From Methanothrix sp. (GTDB lineage Archaea; Halobacteriota; Methanosarcinia; Methanotrichales; Methanotrichaceae), in the NCBI GenBank assembly GCA_037128175.1, contig JBAXWY010000001.1:32001-96000 (forward strand): a DNA stretch of 64,000 nt. Direction: 5' to 3'. The translations under genes were made by a program, and so were the position numbers. Under the pieces are notes generated by a model, which made no database searches, was not told where the DNA came from, and was given only the letters and a program-made list of their open reading frames with translations. Position 1 is the first letter of the stretch, and the number at the start of each line of letters is the position of its first letter. Below are positions 30,473-40,234 of the stretch, in pieces.

Positions 30473-32749
30473 CTATGCCAGTTCGTTGTACCTTTTTCGG
30501 TCTTTCAGTTCCTGGCGTTTGGCACTGTTCCATCCGCTCACAGCCTGAAGGTATCCAGTAATTCGGCTAATGTGATCCACGTCGTCCGATCCGCAGCTCG
30601 GGCACTTATCTTCCAGTCCACCTGAAACCTTGGAGCATCCCAGGCATACTGTCATATCCCTGCTGAAGGTGAAGTAGCCGATCTGGGTCTCTTTGGCCAG
30701 GCGCATTCCAAAGTCCATCAGGCCCTGGGGGTCAGGGGTGGCTTCGCCCATGAAGATATGGAAGATGTTGCCGCCATCAACTATGGGGAAGAAGACATGT
30801 TCGAGCTTTGCTCTCTCGAATATGGTCACGTCTGCGCCGGGCGGCAGATGAGTGCCGTTGGTGTAATAGACGGGCAGATCGCGCGTCTTCTGCAAATTCT
30901 TCTTCACAGCGTCCAGGTCGCCCTTGACAACCTTCTCCGCACAGTCCCGGAACTCCTCGTGTATGAGGTCGGATACCGCGAATCGCTGGGCGGTGGTTTC
31001 CGCGGGTGTACGCGCCAGGGCAATGGTCATGCCGTGCTGCAAAGAGAGTTTTTTGGCGTAGATCTCCATCTCCGTCATGGCCCGCACTGCCAGCTTCCAG
31101 GCCTCTCTGGACTCATGCATCTGCTTTCCCGTGTGGAACTGCACCATCTCGTTGACGCCCACCACGCCGATGGTATAGACCAGGCCTTCCAGGCCCACGG
31201 CGACAGAACCCTTCTCGCCCGTGCGCGGGTCGCGCGGCCGCTGGGTGGCGAAGGGCATGCGGTGGTTCTTGATGATCTGGTTCATCCACTCACGCTTAAC
31301 TTTGAAGATCTCCACAGAGGTGTCCATCAGCTCTCGCAGATACTCGAAGAGCAGCTCGTCGTCCCCCCTGGCCAGGTAAGCGGCGCGAGGACAGTTGAGA
31401 GATACCACCTGCCAGGAGCCCATGGAGAAGTGCTTGCCGTCTTTGAAGTACAGCTTGTCCTCAAACTGGCTGTCGCTGTCATAAGTGGCCGCAAACTGGT
31501 AGGCACAACATTGATAGCATGATATACCTTCGCCGGCACCGCGGTAAGCGGGAAGCTGGTTGTCAAAGTAAGGTGTGCCGTACTCGGCGGCCAGCTTAAA
31601 GGTCAAAAGATATAGCTGCTGGTAGGTTGGCAGATCCGGGTGAGCGGCATTGAAGGCCTCATCCTCCTTCATGAAGTCCGGCTCAATGCTGATCTCGGGC
31701 TTGGGGAAGTTGAAGGGCTTGCCCCAGTAGTCACCGGCCAGCATGACCTCCATGAGGGCTTTGAAGGCTAAACGTACCTCGCGCTCGAACTGGCCGTAGG
31801 TCTTCAGGGGTGCGTCTGGTGATGAGCCGTTCCAGACCTTTCCCGCGTAAACGGCGGGCTTGTCTCGCCACAGTTTGGGAACTCCCGGCGTGAGCTGCAC
31901 CGAGGAGAAGACGAGCTGGCCGCCGCGAGCGACCATCATCTGTGTCATCTCGTAGACGAACATCTGCATGAGTTGCACGATCTCGGCGTAGCTCTTGCTC
32001 TCAAAGTAGGGGGCGATGAAGGTGAGGAAGTTGTAGAAGCCCTGCCCTCCCGCGAAGTTGGTCTGGGCGCTGCCCAGGGCTTTTACAGCGTGCAGCATGG
32101 CCACCTCCGGTTTCTTGGCAGGACCTGCCACGCTGGCTTTGGTGCCAAGCCCATCGGGCATCAGGCCGTAGTACAAGAAATAGCGCAGATCCCAATCCTG
32201 ACAGAACGGCCTTGTCCCGAAGTACTCCAGATCGTGGATGTGCAGGTCTCCGGCCAGGTGGCGGTCGGCGAGATGGGGTGGCAGCAGCAGCAGGTACTGC
32301 TCTTTGCTGATCTTGTCTGCTTTCTTCTTGTGGCTGGTCTCGGCATTTTCCTGGAGGTTGGCATTCTCCTTGGACTCAAAACCCGTACCGATGTCGATGA
32401 GGTGGGCATCGTAGACCGGAGTTCCCACGCGGGTGCAGATGTTGCGCCACTCCGTATGGTGCCTCTCTAAGAGGATTACATTCATGATCTCGCGCACCAG
32501 GGGGCCGCTCAGGTACTGAACATTCATCCATCGCACCCGGCGCTCCACCTCTTTGGCAATATCCTGGGCCTCTTCCTCCGTAATGCCCGGCTCCTTGTAA
32601 AATTGTTCAGATAGCTTTGTCTCCTTGAGGAGCTGCTTGGCTATGGCCTCTCTATCCCAGTCCAGCAGATGGCCGTCCGTAGTCCTAACTCTGGGCATGG
32701 CAGAAACGGCCAGCCCTTCCAGGGTCTGCTGCACAATTCTGCTGCTCAA
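30473..32749 (-). CDS. nrdD: Anaerobic (class III) ribonucleoside-triphosphate reductase
   Basis: ATP-cone; HIHDLEYF, YQCC, TPAETTAQRF, YYTNG, zinc CxxC..CPxCG and RITGYL glycyl-radical motifs. Confidence 0.96.
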   Translation of the reverse strand: MSSRIVQQTLEGLAVSAMPRVRTTDGHLLDWDREAIAKQLLKETKLSEQFYKEPGITEEEAQDIAKEVERRVRWMNVQYLSGPLVREIMNVILLERHHTEWRNICTRVGTPVYDAHLIDIGTGFESKENANLQENAETSHKKKADKISKEQYLLLLPPHLADRHLAGDLHIHDLEYFGTRPFCQDWDLRYFLYYGLMPDGLGTKASVAGPAKKPEVAMLHAVKALGSAQTNFAGGQGFYNFLTFIAPYFESKSYAEIVQLMQMFVYEMTQMMVARGGQLVFSSVQLTPGVPKLWRDKPAVYAGKVWNGSSPDAPLKTYGQFEREVRLAFKALMEVMLAGDYWGKPFNFPKPEISIEPDFMKEDEAFNAAHPDLPTYQQLYLLTFKLAAEYGTPYFDNQLPAYRGAGEGISCYQCCAYQFAATYDSDSQFEDKLYFKDGKHFSMGSWQVVSLNCPRAAYLARGDDELLFEYLRELMDTSVEIFKVKREWMNQIIKNHRMPFATQRPRDPRTGEKGSVAVGLEGLVYTIGVVGVNEMVQFHTGKQMHESREAWKLAVRAMTEMEIYAKKLSLQHGMTIALARTPAETTAQRFAVSDLIHEEFRDCAEKVVKGDLDAVKKNLQKTRDLPVYYTNGTHLPPGADVTIFERAKLEHVFFPIVDGGNIFHIFMGEATPDPQGLMDFGMRLAKETQIGYFTFSRDMTVCLGCSKVSGGLEDKCPSCGSDDVDHISRITGYLQAVSGWNSAKRQELKDRKRYNELA

Positions 32750-32817
32750 AGCCCATCCCCTCTACCATAACGCAACATAACTCATCATCTCGATCATAAA
32801 CGTGATAACGCATTTCT

Positions 32818-33277
32818 TCCTGAGTTTATCGGCTTTTCGCCCCAGAACACTCTTAAAATCTTTTAGCAATTATGTCTTCACTCATTAATAAAGAAAGCGC
32901 TTGATATGCTCTGCGTTCTAGGCTATATTTCTAACGCACGGGGGGTGAAAGTAATTTTCGGATCCGATTGCCTTTGAGTCAAAATGCAGCGCAGTACCAC
33001 GAAAGTAGAGCTATGAGGGTAATAAAAAGATTGATAAAAGCTCTTTGCACTTTCGGGATGCGGGATAGACGATTAGTAATCCGCCACCTCCTAATTATTT
33101 ACTATTTATGCAATATCCATCCTGAGTTTATTCGCGTTTCGCTCCGAACTCTATCATAATTTTTCTACAGGCAGATCATCTAGGGTAATAAACTGATCGG
33201 CTAAAATCTGCACGGAAAAAATTAAACCCATCCGGCGCGGAACGAAAGTAATCAATATAATTTTAGGAGCGCGAAAC
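32818..33277. promoter_or_regulatory. Duplicated regulatory region upstream of nrdD, ~300-bp period with inverted TTTCGC/CGAAA sites
   Basis: TCCTGAGTTTAT..TTTCGC at 32818 and 33120; GC.CGG..(C/T)GAAAGTAAT at 32936 and 33235. Confidence 0.5.
33235..33277 (+). repeat. 43-bp direct repeat, left of dinD
   Basis: 35/43 identical to 34235-34277 by manual alignment. Confidence 0.8.
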
Positions 33278-33311
33278 ATCCCTTTTCACGAATCACTTAG
33301 TGAAGGTATCC

Positions 33312-34181
33312 TTACCTATCCCCGAGATAATTCCCAATTTCGGTCAATTTTCCAGATTGTTTCTCAAGTCTTTTCTCATCCGACCTGACTCGGCGCTCCA
33401 GTTTTTTGATATCCTCTTCGGGCGGAAGTTCTTCTGGCTTAATCCCCCTCTGCCCAAGCATTTGGCGAACGCTCTTGTTGTTTAGAACATGTTCGCTAGT
33501 GATGGGTAGCTCTCCATGCAAATCGTCATTCAGCACGTTGTGATTGGTCATTTCCGTAGCAAGATTTTTCGCGGCAATGGTAAGCGTGGGCAGAAAATCC
33601 GCCAAGGGACGGCATTGGGTGATTCCATATCTATTTTTCATCTCCTGGGTCGAATATCCTCCAAATAAGGCAGCATCGCCCTTTGATCGAATTCGCCCGA
33701 ATCCCGCGTTGTCCACGCCTCGCTCGTAGATGTTTTGCGAGAGCGTTTTCTCCGATTCCCGTAGGCGATCCCTAACTTCGAAACGGGCTTGGAGACGCAT
33801 CCTGTCTTCTATCAATTCTAGCTTGCGAGTTTGAACGGCGAAATAGCTTTGGGCAAAAGCAATAGGCTCCTTTTGGGGATCGCCGTTTTGGGCAATCAGA
33901 TAGCAGGCATAGCGAGTGAGCAAGAGGTCATCAACCTCCCTAAGTCCGCCTTTACCAAGTGTGATCATTTTAGTGACAGCACTAAAATGATCGTTGCTAT
34001 CGATTTTTGCGGTTTCACAAGACTCGATGGCCCGCTTTATGGTCCTGGAAAAGTTTTGCCAAGTAGCGTATCCCAATGGTTTTTGCAGATCTCTAGCAAA
34101 CCAGAATTCAGTGCCGTCATCCAAATTATTGGCTAACGAATCAAAATGGCTCTGCATTTGCTGGATAAGTTCTCTATTCAT
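33312..34181 (-). CDS. dinD: DNA-damage-inducible protein D
   Basis: EFWFARDLQ..LGY..W.NF, LTRYACYLIAQNGDP.K..IAFAQ.YFA.QTR and LADFLPT motifs. Confidence 0.92.
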   Translation of the reverse strand: MNRELIQQMQSHFDSLANNLDDGTEFWFARDLQKPLGYATWQNFSRTIKRAIESCETAKIDSNDHFSAVTKMITLGKGGLREVDDLLLTRYACYLIAQNGDPQKEPIAFAQSYFAVQTRKLELIEDRMRLQARFEVRDRLRESEKTLSQNIYERGVDNAGFGRIRSKGDAALFGGYSTQEMKNRYGITQCRPLADFLPTLTIAAKNLATEMTNHNVLNDDLHGELPITSEHVLNNKSVRQMLGQRGIKPEELPPEEDIKKLERRVRSDEKRLEKQSGKLTEIGNYLGDR

Positions 34182-34234
34182 TTATATTCCTCTTCCGGGC
34201 AATAATTTGCGTTCAAGGGCTATAATTATGATGT

Positions 34235-34277
34235 GCACGGGGCGAAAGTAATCAATACAATTTTGGGGAAGCGAAAC
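34235..34277 (+). repeat. 43-bp direct repeat, right of dinD (its upstream region)
   Basis: GCACGGGGCGAAAGTAATCAATACAATTTTGGGGAAGCGAAAC; 1000 bp from the other copy. Confidence 0.8.
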
Positions 34278-34415
34278 GCATCCATTCTCAGGGACTTTTC
34301 GCGAAGGACAACGTTGCCATTCTTCCTCATGAACCGTAGTATTACCGCATACGAAAACTATTTCTCACTTAAAAAATCATGCCGATCATATTATCATGTT
34401 AGAGGTGGAAAAATA

Positions 34416-35057
34416 ATGAAACGCAATATCCTTTTAGGGCTGCTGGTCCTTCTGGCTTTCAGCCTCTCTCTACCAGGATGCATTGCCCAGTGCTGCGGTG
34501 CAGCGGCCTCTCTGGAAAGCCCGGCAAAGGCCAATGATTCCCAAAATGAACCGCTGAATACTTCCGGTGCCGTTGGCCTGTCCGACATGAGAGAAATGCA
34601 GCTTTACGAAAATGCAGAAAACGACTTTCGTGTCACATATCCCTCCGGCTGGATCGCAGAAGATGCCAATGCCAATGATCTGGGGCTGGTGGCAGGCTTC
34701 CTGGTTCCAGGAGAAGGCATGAACAGCTCTTCTATCTACATCACCTTGCAGGTTGAGGCGCTGCCGGAAGGCATGAATTTGACTCTGACCCAGTATGGCA
34801 TAGCGGCATTAAGCAGCCTGTTGGAAGCCTTGCCGGACCTGCAGATACTGGCGGAAAGCGACATTCCCATGGGTGGGCAGCCGGGACATGCTGTAGTCTA
34901 CAACCTCATGAGCGATGGTGCTGAATACAAAGTTCTTAGAGCCTGGACAGTCCAGGGAGATGCGGCTTACGTCTTCACCTACAACTCTCCAGTTGATCGC
35001 TACGATGAGTTCGCAAAAGATGCCAGCAAGATAATCGGGTCACTTGCCGTAGCCTGA
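34416..35057 (+). CDS. Secreted PsbP/DcrB-like protein
   Basis: GAGGTG SD then MKRNILLG signal peptide; F.V.YPSGW, GGQPG and AYVFTY motifs. Confidence 0.75.
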   Translation: MKRNILLGLLVLLAFSLSLPGCIAQCCGAAASLESPAKANDSQNEPLNTSGAVGLSDMREMQLYENAENDFRVTYPSGWIAEDANANDLGLVAGFLVPGEGMNSSSIYITLQVEALPEGMNLTLTQYGIAALSSLLEALPDLQILAESDIPMGGQPGHAVVYNLMSDGAEYKVLRAWTVQGDAAYVFTYNSPVDRYDEFAKDASKIIGSLAVA

Positions 35058-35082
35058 ATCCCAGTTTTTAAAAAAATATTTT

Positions 35083-35697
<615 letters not shown>

Positions 35698-35796
35698 ACT
35701 ATCTCACCTTTGGTAAAAACAATCTAACGCATTCTATTTAGCTTTTCTTACAAATAGGCTTGCAGCGACAATTATGACTGCGATTATTTCATGTCT

Positions 35797-36174
35797 TTAC
35801 CAGAGTACAATGTACACCGCGTCTCCTTCCTTCTTGCCCTTTAAAAGCTGGCAGTGGCGGAGTATGGCGAACTGGTTCTCCAGCTCCGGGGAGGGGATCT
35901 GGAACCGCTCCATCAGCTCTGCCTTGGTGGCCTTGCCCTTCTGCAAAATGTACTCGTAGATCTCCTTTTGCAGATCTGTAAGGCCATCGGTTCCTTCCAG
36001 GCCGTGGCTCTCTCGGAATATCTGCTTCGACCTCACTGCCCAGGGATCGCAGACGCGAATCCGGTGACCAACATCGATGTAGCAGTTCTCGCAAAGGGTC
36101 TTGCCTTCCGTTGCGAATACCTCGTCCTCAGCGATCTCTTTGCCGCAGCTTTGACACTTTATGCCATCCAGCAT
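35797..36174 (-). CDS. Zn-finger (LIM-like) plus winged-helix protein
   Basis: CxxC..LCENCY, CDPWAV and a C-terminal HTH. Confidence 0.7.
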   Translation of the reverse strand: MLDGIKCQSCGKEIAEDEVFATEGKTLCENCYIDVGHRIRVCDPWAVRSKQIFRESHGLEGTDGLTDLQKEIYEYILQKGKATKAELMERFQIPSPELENQFAILRHCQLLKGKKEGDAVYIVLW

Positions 36175-36236
36175 TTTCTATCTACCTCAATATTAATGAA
36201 AAAGTTCTAATAGAAAGAAGCTACTACGAGAAAATT

Positions 36237-36944
36237 ATGAGGGCATGCTTAATATTAATACTAATCCCAATCCTGGTCCTGGGGTTTGCCAATGCCTCCA
36301 AGATAACCGTGGGGCCGAAGGATGCGGATTATTCGCAGATTCAGCAGGCAATAGACAATTCCAGCCAGGGAGATACCATTGAGGTGCAAAGTGGAGTTTA
36401 TCGCGAGAACGTTCATGTCTATAAGACACTTACCTTGCAGGGCATTGACAGCGGTAATGGCCTTCCGGTTGTGGATGCCGGGGGATCGGGAAGCGTCATC
36501 AACATAGCGTCCAACGACACGATTGTTGAGGGCTTTAATATAACGGGCTCGGGCGGTTGTGGATGCGGCAACGCCGGGATAAAGGTTGAATCCAGCAATA
36601 ATATTGTGCAAGGTAACACAATTTACAAGAATAAGTATGGAATTTATATCCAGTCAGGCAATGAAAATAATACTTTTATGTCCAACGACCTGCTGGAGAA
36701 TGAAATAGCTGTAAGCGACAGTGGCATCAACAATCGATGGAATGGGAGCGCGCCGGCCGCAGGATTGCAGAGCCTCTTGGCGCTGATAAGCGGTTCGCGG
36801 GTTATGGGAAACCATTACAGCGATTACGATGAGGCGTCGGAGGGCTGTAATGATACCAACCAGGATAAAATTTGCGACATGCCAAGGATGATTGGAGGCG
36901 GTCCAGGAATAGATAATTATCCATCTGTTTCCTCCACAAATTGA
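36237..36944 (+). CDS. Secreted NosD-type beta-helix protein
   Basis: Signal peptide; IQQAID..GDTI.V.SG.Y.E, GSGGCGCGNAGI and GNHYSDY motifs. Confidence 0.82.
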   Translation: MRACLILILIPILVLGFANASKITVGPKDADYSQIQQAIDNSSQGDTIEVQSGVYRENVHVYKTLTLQGIDSGNGLPVVDAGGSGSVINIASNDTIVEGFNITGSGGCGCGNAGIKVESSNNIVQGNTIYKNKYGIYIQSGNENNTFMSNDLLENEIAVSDSGINNRWNGSAPAAGLQSLLALISGSRVMGNHYSDYDEASEGCNDTNQDKICDMPRMIGGGPGIDNYPSVSSTN

Positions 36945-36955
36945 TCTGAATAGAA

Positions 36956-37609
36956 ATGCTCGATTTAACTGATGGCAGCAGAGATAAGTGGCCGTCCGTT
37001 CTTGCTTCTATCGATTTTCCCGGCTTGCCCACTTCCGAAGCCGTGGCCAGAAATGGCAGCTTCTGCCAGGAGCTGTGCCGCCTCTTCGACCGGCTTCAAG
37101 AAGGCTTCGATCGCCTGACGGCTGACAAAAAGGCGAGGTGCGGCCTGGATGGAGTGGCATTTGAGGTCTTTTTGCAAATCGATCTGGAAAAGAGGAAAAT
37201 AGTGCTGGATAAGCTTTTCAAATATGTTGATATTGATTTTCATCTCTTCACAGAGCTTTTAGAAATACTGCAGCGCTATTTTTCAGAGTGTGATCTGGCG
37301 GTTCCCGCTTTGCAGGGATACGAACTGGCCAGGGAGATCCGGCGATTTCTCGGAGTGCCCGAAGTGGAGTGCGTCTTCCTGAAGGGAGACACTGAGGAGC
37401 GGCTGCTCATGGGCGACGCTCTGCAGGAGACGAGCTTCGAGAGCATCCTGGAGGACACACAGAGGCATTACGAGGAGCGGGGCGGCGTGGATAAGAAGAG
37501 GCAGGAACTGGGCCAGGGCAGGGAGCTCTCCATGTACTGGCGGGGGGCTGAGGACGAGGAGGAAGTCTTGTGGATGCAGGTGAGAATTGGATTAGCGAAG
37601 ATTTTTTGA
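36956..37609 (+). CDS. Hypothetical protein
   Basis: Long ORF in operon-like spacing; no recognisable motif. Confidence 0.65.
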   Translation: MLDLTDGSRDKWPSVLASIDFPGLPTSEAVARNGSFCQELCRLFDRLQEGFDRLTADKKARCGLDGVAFEVFLQIDLEKRKIVLDKLFKYVDIDFHLFTELLEILQRYFSECDLAVPALQGYELAREIRRFLGVPEVECVFLKGDTEERLLMGDALQETSFESILEDTQRHYEERGGVDKKRQELGQGRELSMYWRGAEDEEEVLWMQVRIGLAKIF

Positions 37610-37633
37610 CAAAGGTAAATCCAATGGTAAAAT

Positions 37634-38344
37634 ATGGAAAGTGATGTTCTGGTGGCCGTGCGGCAGGAACTGCTACAAAGCATTGACGAGAAGACCCGAG
37701 AGAGCGCCCAGCGCTTCTTCAAGGAGGATGTAAAGTTCCACGGCGTGAAGAGTGCCCAGGTCAAGAAGATCGCCACAAAATATTTCCGGGAAATAAAGGA
37801 CCGAGACAAAAAAGAGATCTTCTCTCTCTGTGAAAATCTCCTGCAGGCCAACTTTGGTGAAGAGGCCTCCATCGCCTTTGAATGGTCCTACTCTCTGCGT
37901 CGGGCGTACGAGCCGGAGGACTTTGCCGTATTCGAGAGATGGGTGGATCTGTACGTGGACAACTGGGCCAAGTGCGACACGCTTTGCAACCACACCCTGG
38001 GCACTTTCGTGGAGATGTATCCGCAGTTCATCGAAAACCTGGCAGCCTGGGCCCGCGCTGAGAATCGCTGGCTTCGGCGCGCCTCGGCTGTGACTTTGAT
38101 TTTGCCGGCCAGGAAGGGTGCATTTTTAGAGAAAGCTTTCGAGATATCCGACATCCTCCTCACGGACAAGGACGATATGGTGCAGAAGGGCTACGGCTGG
38201 CTGCTCAAGGAGGCAAGCCGCAAGCACCAGGCGGAGGTCTTCGACTACGTGATGAAGTGGAAGGCAAAGATGCCGCGTACAGCGCTACGCTATGCTATCG
38301 AGAAGATGCCGGTGGAGATGAAAAAAGAGGCGATGGCGAGGTAG
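37634..38344 (+). CDS. DNA alkylation repair protein (AlkD family)
   Basis: VDNWAKCD, W.RRAS, VQKGYGWLLKE and MPRTALRYAIE motifs. Confidence 0.92.
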   Translation: MESDVLVAVRQELLQSIDEKTRESAQRFFKEDVKFHGVKSAQVKKIATKYFREIKDRDKKEIFSLCENLLQANFGEEASIAFEWSYSLRRAYEPEDFAVFERWVDLYVDNWAKCDTLCNHTLGTFVEMYPQFIENLAAWARAENRWLRRASAVTLILPARKGAFLEKAFEISDILLTDKDDMVQKGYGWLLKEASRKHQAEVFDYVMKWKAKMPRTALRYAIEKMPVEMKKEAMAR

Positions 38345-38365
38345 GTGCATTTATGATTTTTTTAA

Positions 38366-38436
38366 CTTCGCGGCTTCGCGCCTTCGCTTGAAACCGGACC
38401 CGACTGAATCTCACGCGAAGCCTTGATTAGCGCGAA
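38366..38436. repeat. REP-like palindromic element (CTTCGCG units)
   Basis: CTTCGCGGCTTCGCGCCTTCGCTTGA ... TCACGCGAAG inverted; second copy at 50482-50606. Confidence 0.75.
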
Positions 38437-38485
38437 AAACGGTCAACCGTCCACAAAGGCACATTATCCACTCACAATCATGGCT

Positions 38486-39508
38486 TCAATTAGGCCAGGA
38501 AGTACCAGGCGCCCTGGACTGGGCCGCCAGGCAGAGAATTTCAAACATCAGCGTGGCCCCGGCCAGAGCCGTAATCCCGCTGGGATCGTAGGGTGGGGCT
38601 ACCTCCACCAGATCCCCGCCAATGACATTCAGCCCTGACAGACCACGTAAGACCTGCAAGGCCTCGAAGCTGCTCATGCCTCCAACCACCGGGGTTCCCG
38701 TACCCGGAGCGAAGGCCGGGTCCAGACAGTCGATGTCGAAGGATATGTAGACCGGACCGTCTCCAACTATGTTCCTTATTTCAGATACCGTCTTCTTCCA
38801 GCCCAGCTCGTAAAACTCTTCGATGTGAATTACTCTCATGCCGCAGTCGTAGGAGAATTGCCAGAGCAGCTCCGCCGCGCCCCGGATGCCGAGCTGCACA
38901 GTGCGCTTCGGGTCCACCAGCCCCGCCTGCACAGCATTTCGCATGGGGCAGCCGTGCTGCAATCCGCTTCCGTGAAAAGGTGCCGACGTGTCGCAATGCG
39001 AGTCGAAATGGATGAGGCCGACCTTCTCTTTTGAAGAGAGTGCTTTTAGAATGGGAAAGGTTATGGAGTGATCCCCGCCCGCGGTTATGGCCAGGACGTT
39101 GGCGGAGGACATTTTCCGGTAGAATGATTCAATATCTGAGTGGGCCTCTTCCAAATTATAGGTGGTATGGAAGGGCACATCTCCCACATCCGCTACCCGG
39201 TAATCGGCAAAGGGCGACATGCGGCTGTAGTGGTTGTAGACTCCCACCAGCAGTGACTGGTTCCTGATCTCCCGCGGGCCCAGGCGCGCGCCGCTGCGGT
39301 TGGTCACGCCCAGGTCGAAGGGCACGCCCACCAGAGCAATGTCCATATCTTTTATCTCCGCTTGATGTGGCGCCCCGAAAAAGGTAGGGATACCAGAGTA
39401 AGGTGGTTCCAGCATCTGGGGCGTGAAGGTCTTCACGCTCTTTGCGAGCTTTTTCATGTTGTCGTCCATAACATTTCTCCTGAGATTCCTGCGCGGATGT
39501 GCCGCCAC
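38486..39508 (-). CDS. Agmatinase/ureohydrolase family protein
   Basis: RSGARLGP, GGDHS, HFDSHCD and SFDIDCLDPAFAPGTGTP motifs; true start probably about 39469. Confidence 0.9.
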   Translation of the reverse strand: MAAHPRRNLRRNVMDDNMKKLAKSVKTFTPQMLEPPYSGIPTFFGAPHQAEIKDMDIALVGVPFDLGVTNRSGARLGPREIRNQSLLVGVYNHYSRMSPFADYRVADVGDVPFHTTYNLEEAHSDIESFYRKMSSANVLAITAGGDHSITFPILKALSSKEKVGLIHFDSHCDTSAPFHGSGLQHGCPMRNAVQAGLVDPKRTVQLGIRGAAELLWQFSYDCGMRVIHIEEFYELGWKKTVSEIRNIVGDGPVYISFDIDCLDPAFAPGTGTPVVGGMSSFEALQVLRGLSGLNVIGGDLVEVAPPYDPSGITALAGATLMFEILCLAAQSRAPGTSWPN

Positions 39509-39515
39509 TATTTCA

Positions 39516-39767
39516 CTATCGATACGCCTTGCTGCGATTTCTGATTCGCAATACCAATACTCCGCCCTGTTTCTTGGAATAAACGACCCGGTAGTCTCCT
39601 ATGCGCAGTTTGAACAGTCCTTTAAATTGCCCGGTGAGCGCCTCTCCGCAGTCCGAATTACTGGATAACTCCTCTTCCAGCTCTTTGACTAATCTCAGGG
39701 CAACAGCCTTGTCCAGATTCTTCAGGTCGTGGGCCACAGACGATTTGTACTCAATCAGACAGGCCAA
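39516..39767 (-). CDS. Type II toxin, RelE/ParE family
   Basis: L.G..KG.FKLRIGDYRVVY motif; 83 aa. Confidence 0.9.
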   Translation of the reverse strand: MACLIEYKSSVAHDLKNLDKAVALRLVKELEEELSSNSDCGEALTGQFKGLFKLRIGDYRVVYSKKQGGVLVLRIRNRSKAYR

Positions 39768-39984
39768 TTAGTTCCCTCATCTCTTCGCTAGATACCACTT
39801 TGTCGTTTTTATCGTTCAAACGCTCCTGGGCAATCAGGTAATCTGAATAATCCTCAAGATATGCCTGCAACGCTTTCTTGATGATATACGCCTTGGAGCG
39901 ATCTATCGTTTCAGAGAGGCTCTTCAGGCTATCTGCCATGTCATCTGGGAGCCTAATCGATACGGATGTGGAGATCTCAATCAC
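39751..39984 (-). CDS. Ribbon-helix-helix antitoxin (RelB/CopG-like)
   Basis: SVSIRL..RSKAYII..AL..YLED; overlaps the toxin gene. Confidence 0.88.
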   Translation of the reverse strand: MIEISTSVSIRLPDDMADSLKSLSETIDRSKAYIIKKALQAYLEDYSDYLIAQERLNDKNDKVVSSEEMRELIGLSD

Positions 39985-40030
39985 CTTGTATTACAATGAA
40001 CTACAATGAAATATAAGCATATCAATGCAT

Positions 40031-40207
40031 TCACATCCTCCATCCCACATCATACCGCGCCCCGCACTCCGGGCAGATGAGGACGATCCGATAGCCGCTC
40101 TCCGTCCTCAAAAAAGAGCTGTGAAAACCCAGCTCATAGCCGCACTGGGGACAGATCCGAAACTCTTCTGCCAGATCAACCTTGACGATATCGCGAGAAG
40201 CCTTCAT
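40031..40207 (-). CDS. Small zinc-finger protein (2x CPxCG), 58 aa
   Basis: Hand-translated MKASRDIVKVDLAEEFRICPQCGYELGFH...LICPECGARYDVGWRM; below the ORF-track size cut-off. Confidence 0.75.
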   Translation of the reverse strand: MKASRDIVKVDLAEEFRICPQCGYELGFHSSFLRTESGYRIVLICPECGARYDVGWRM

Positions 40208-40234
40208 GCGGCAGCATTATCCTTGTGATCTATT

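Noticed and set aside
30473-32749. Intein in nrdD
   Set aside because: Length is normal and no splicing motifs were seen.
32818-34295. Repeats as a CRISPR array or integron attC sites
   Set aside because: Spacing (about 300 and 1000 bp) and degeneracy do not fit CRISPR; no clear RYYYAAC/GTTRRRY pairs; no cas or intI genes.
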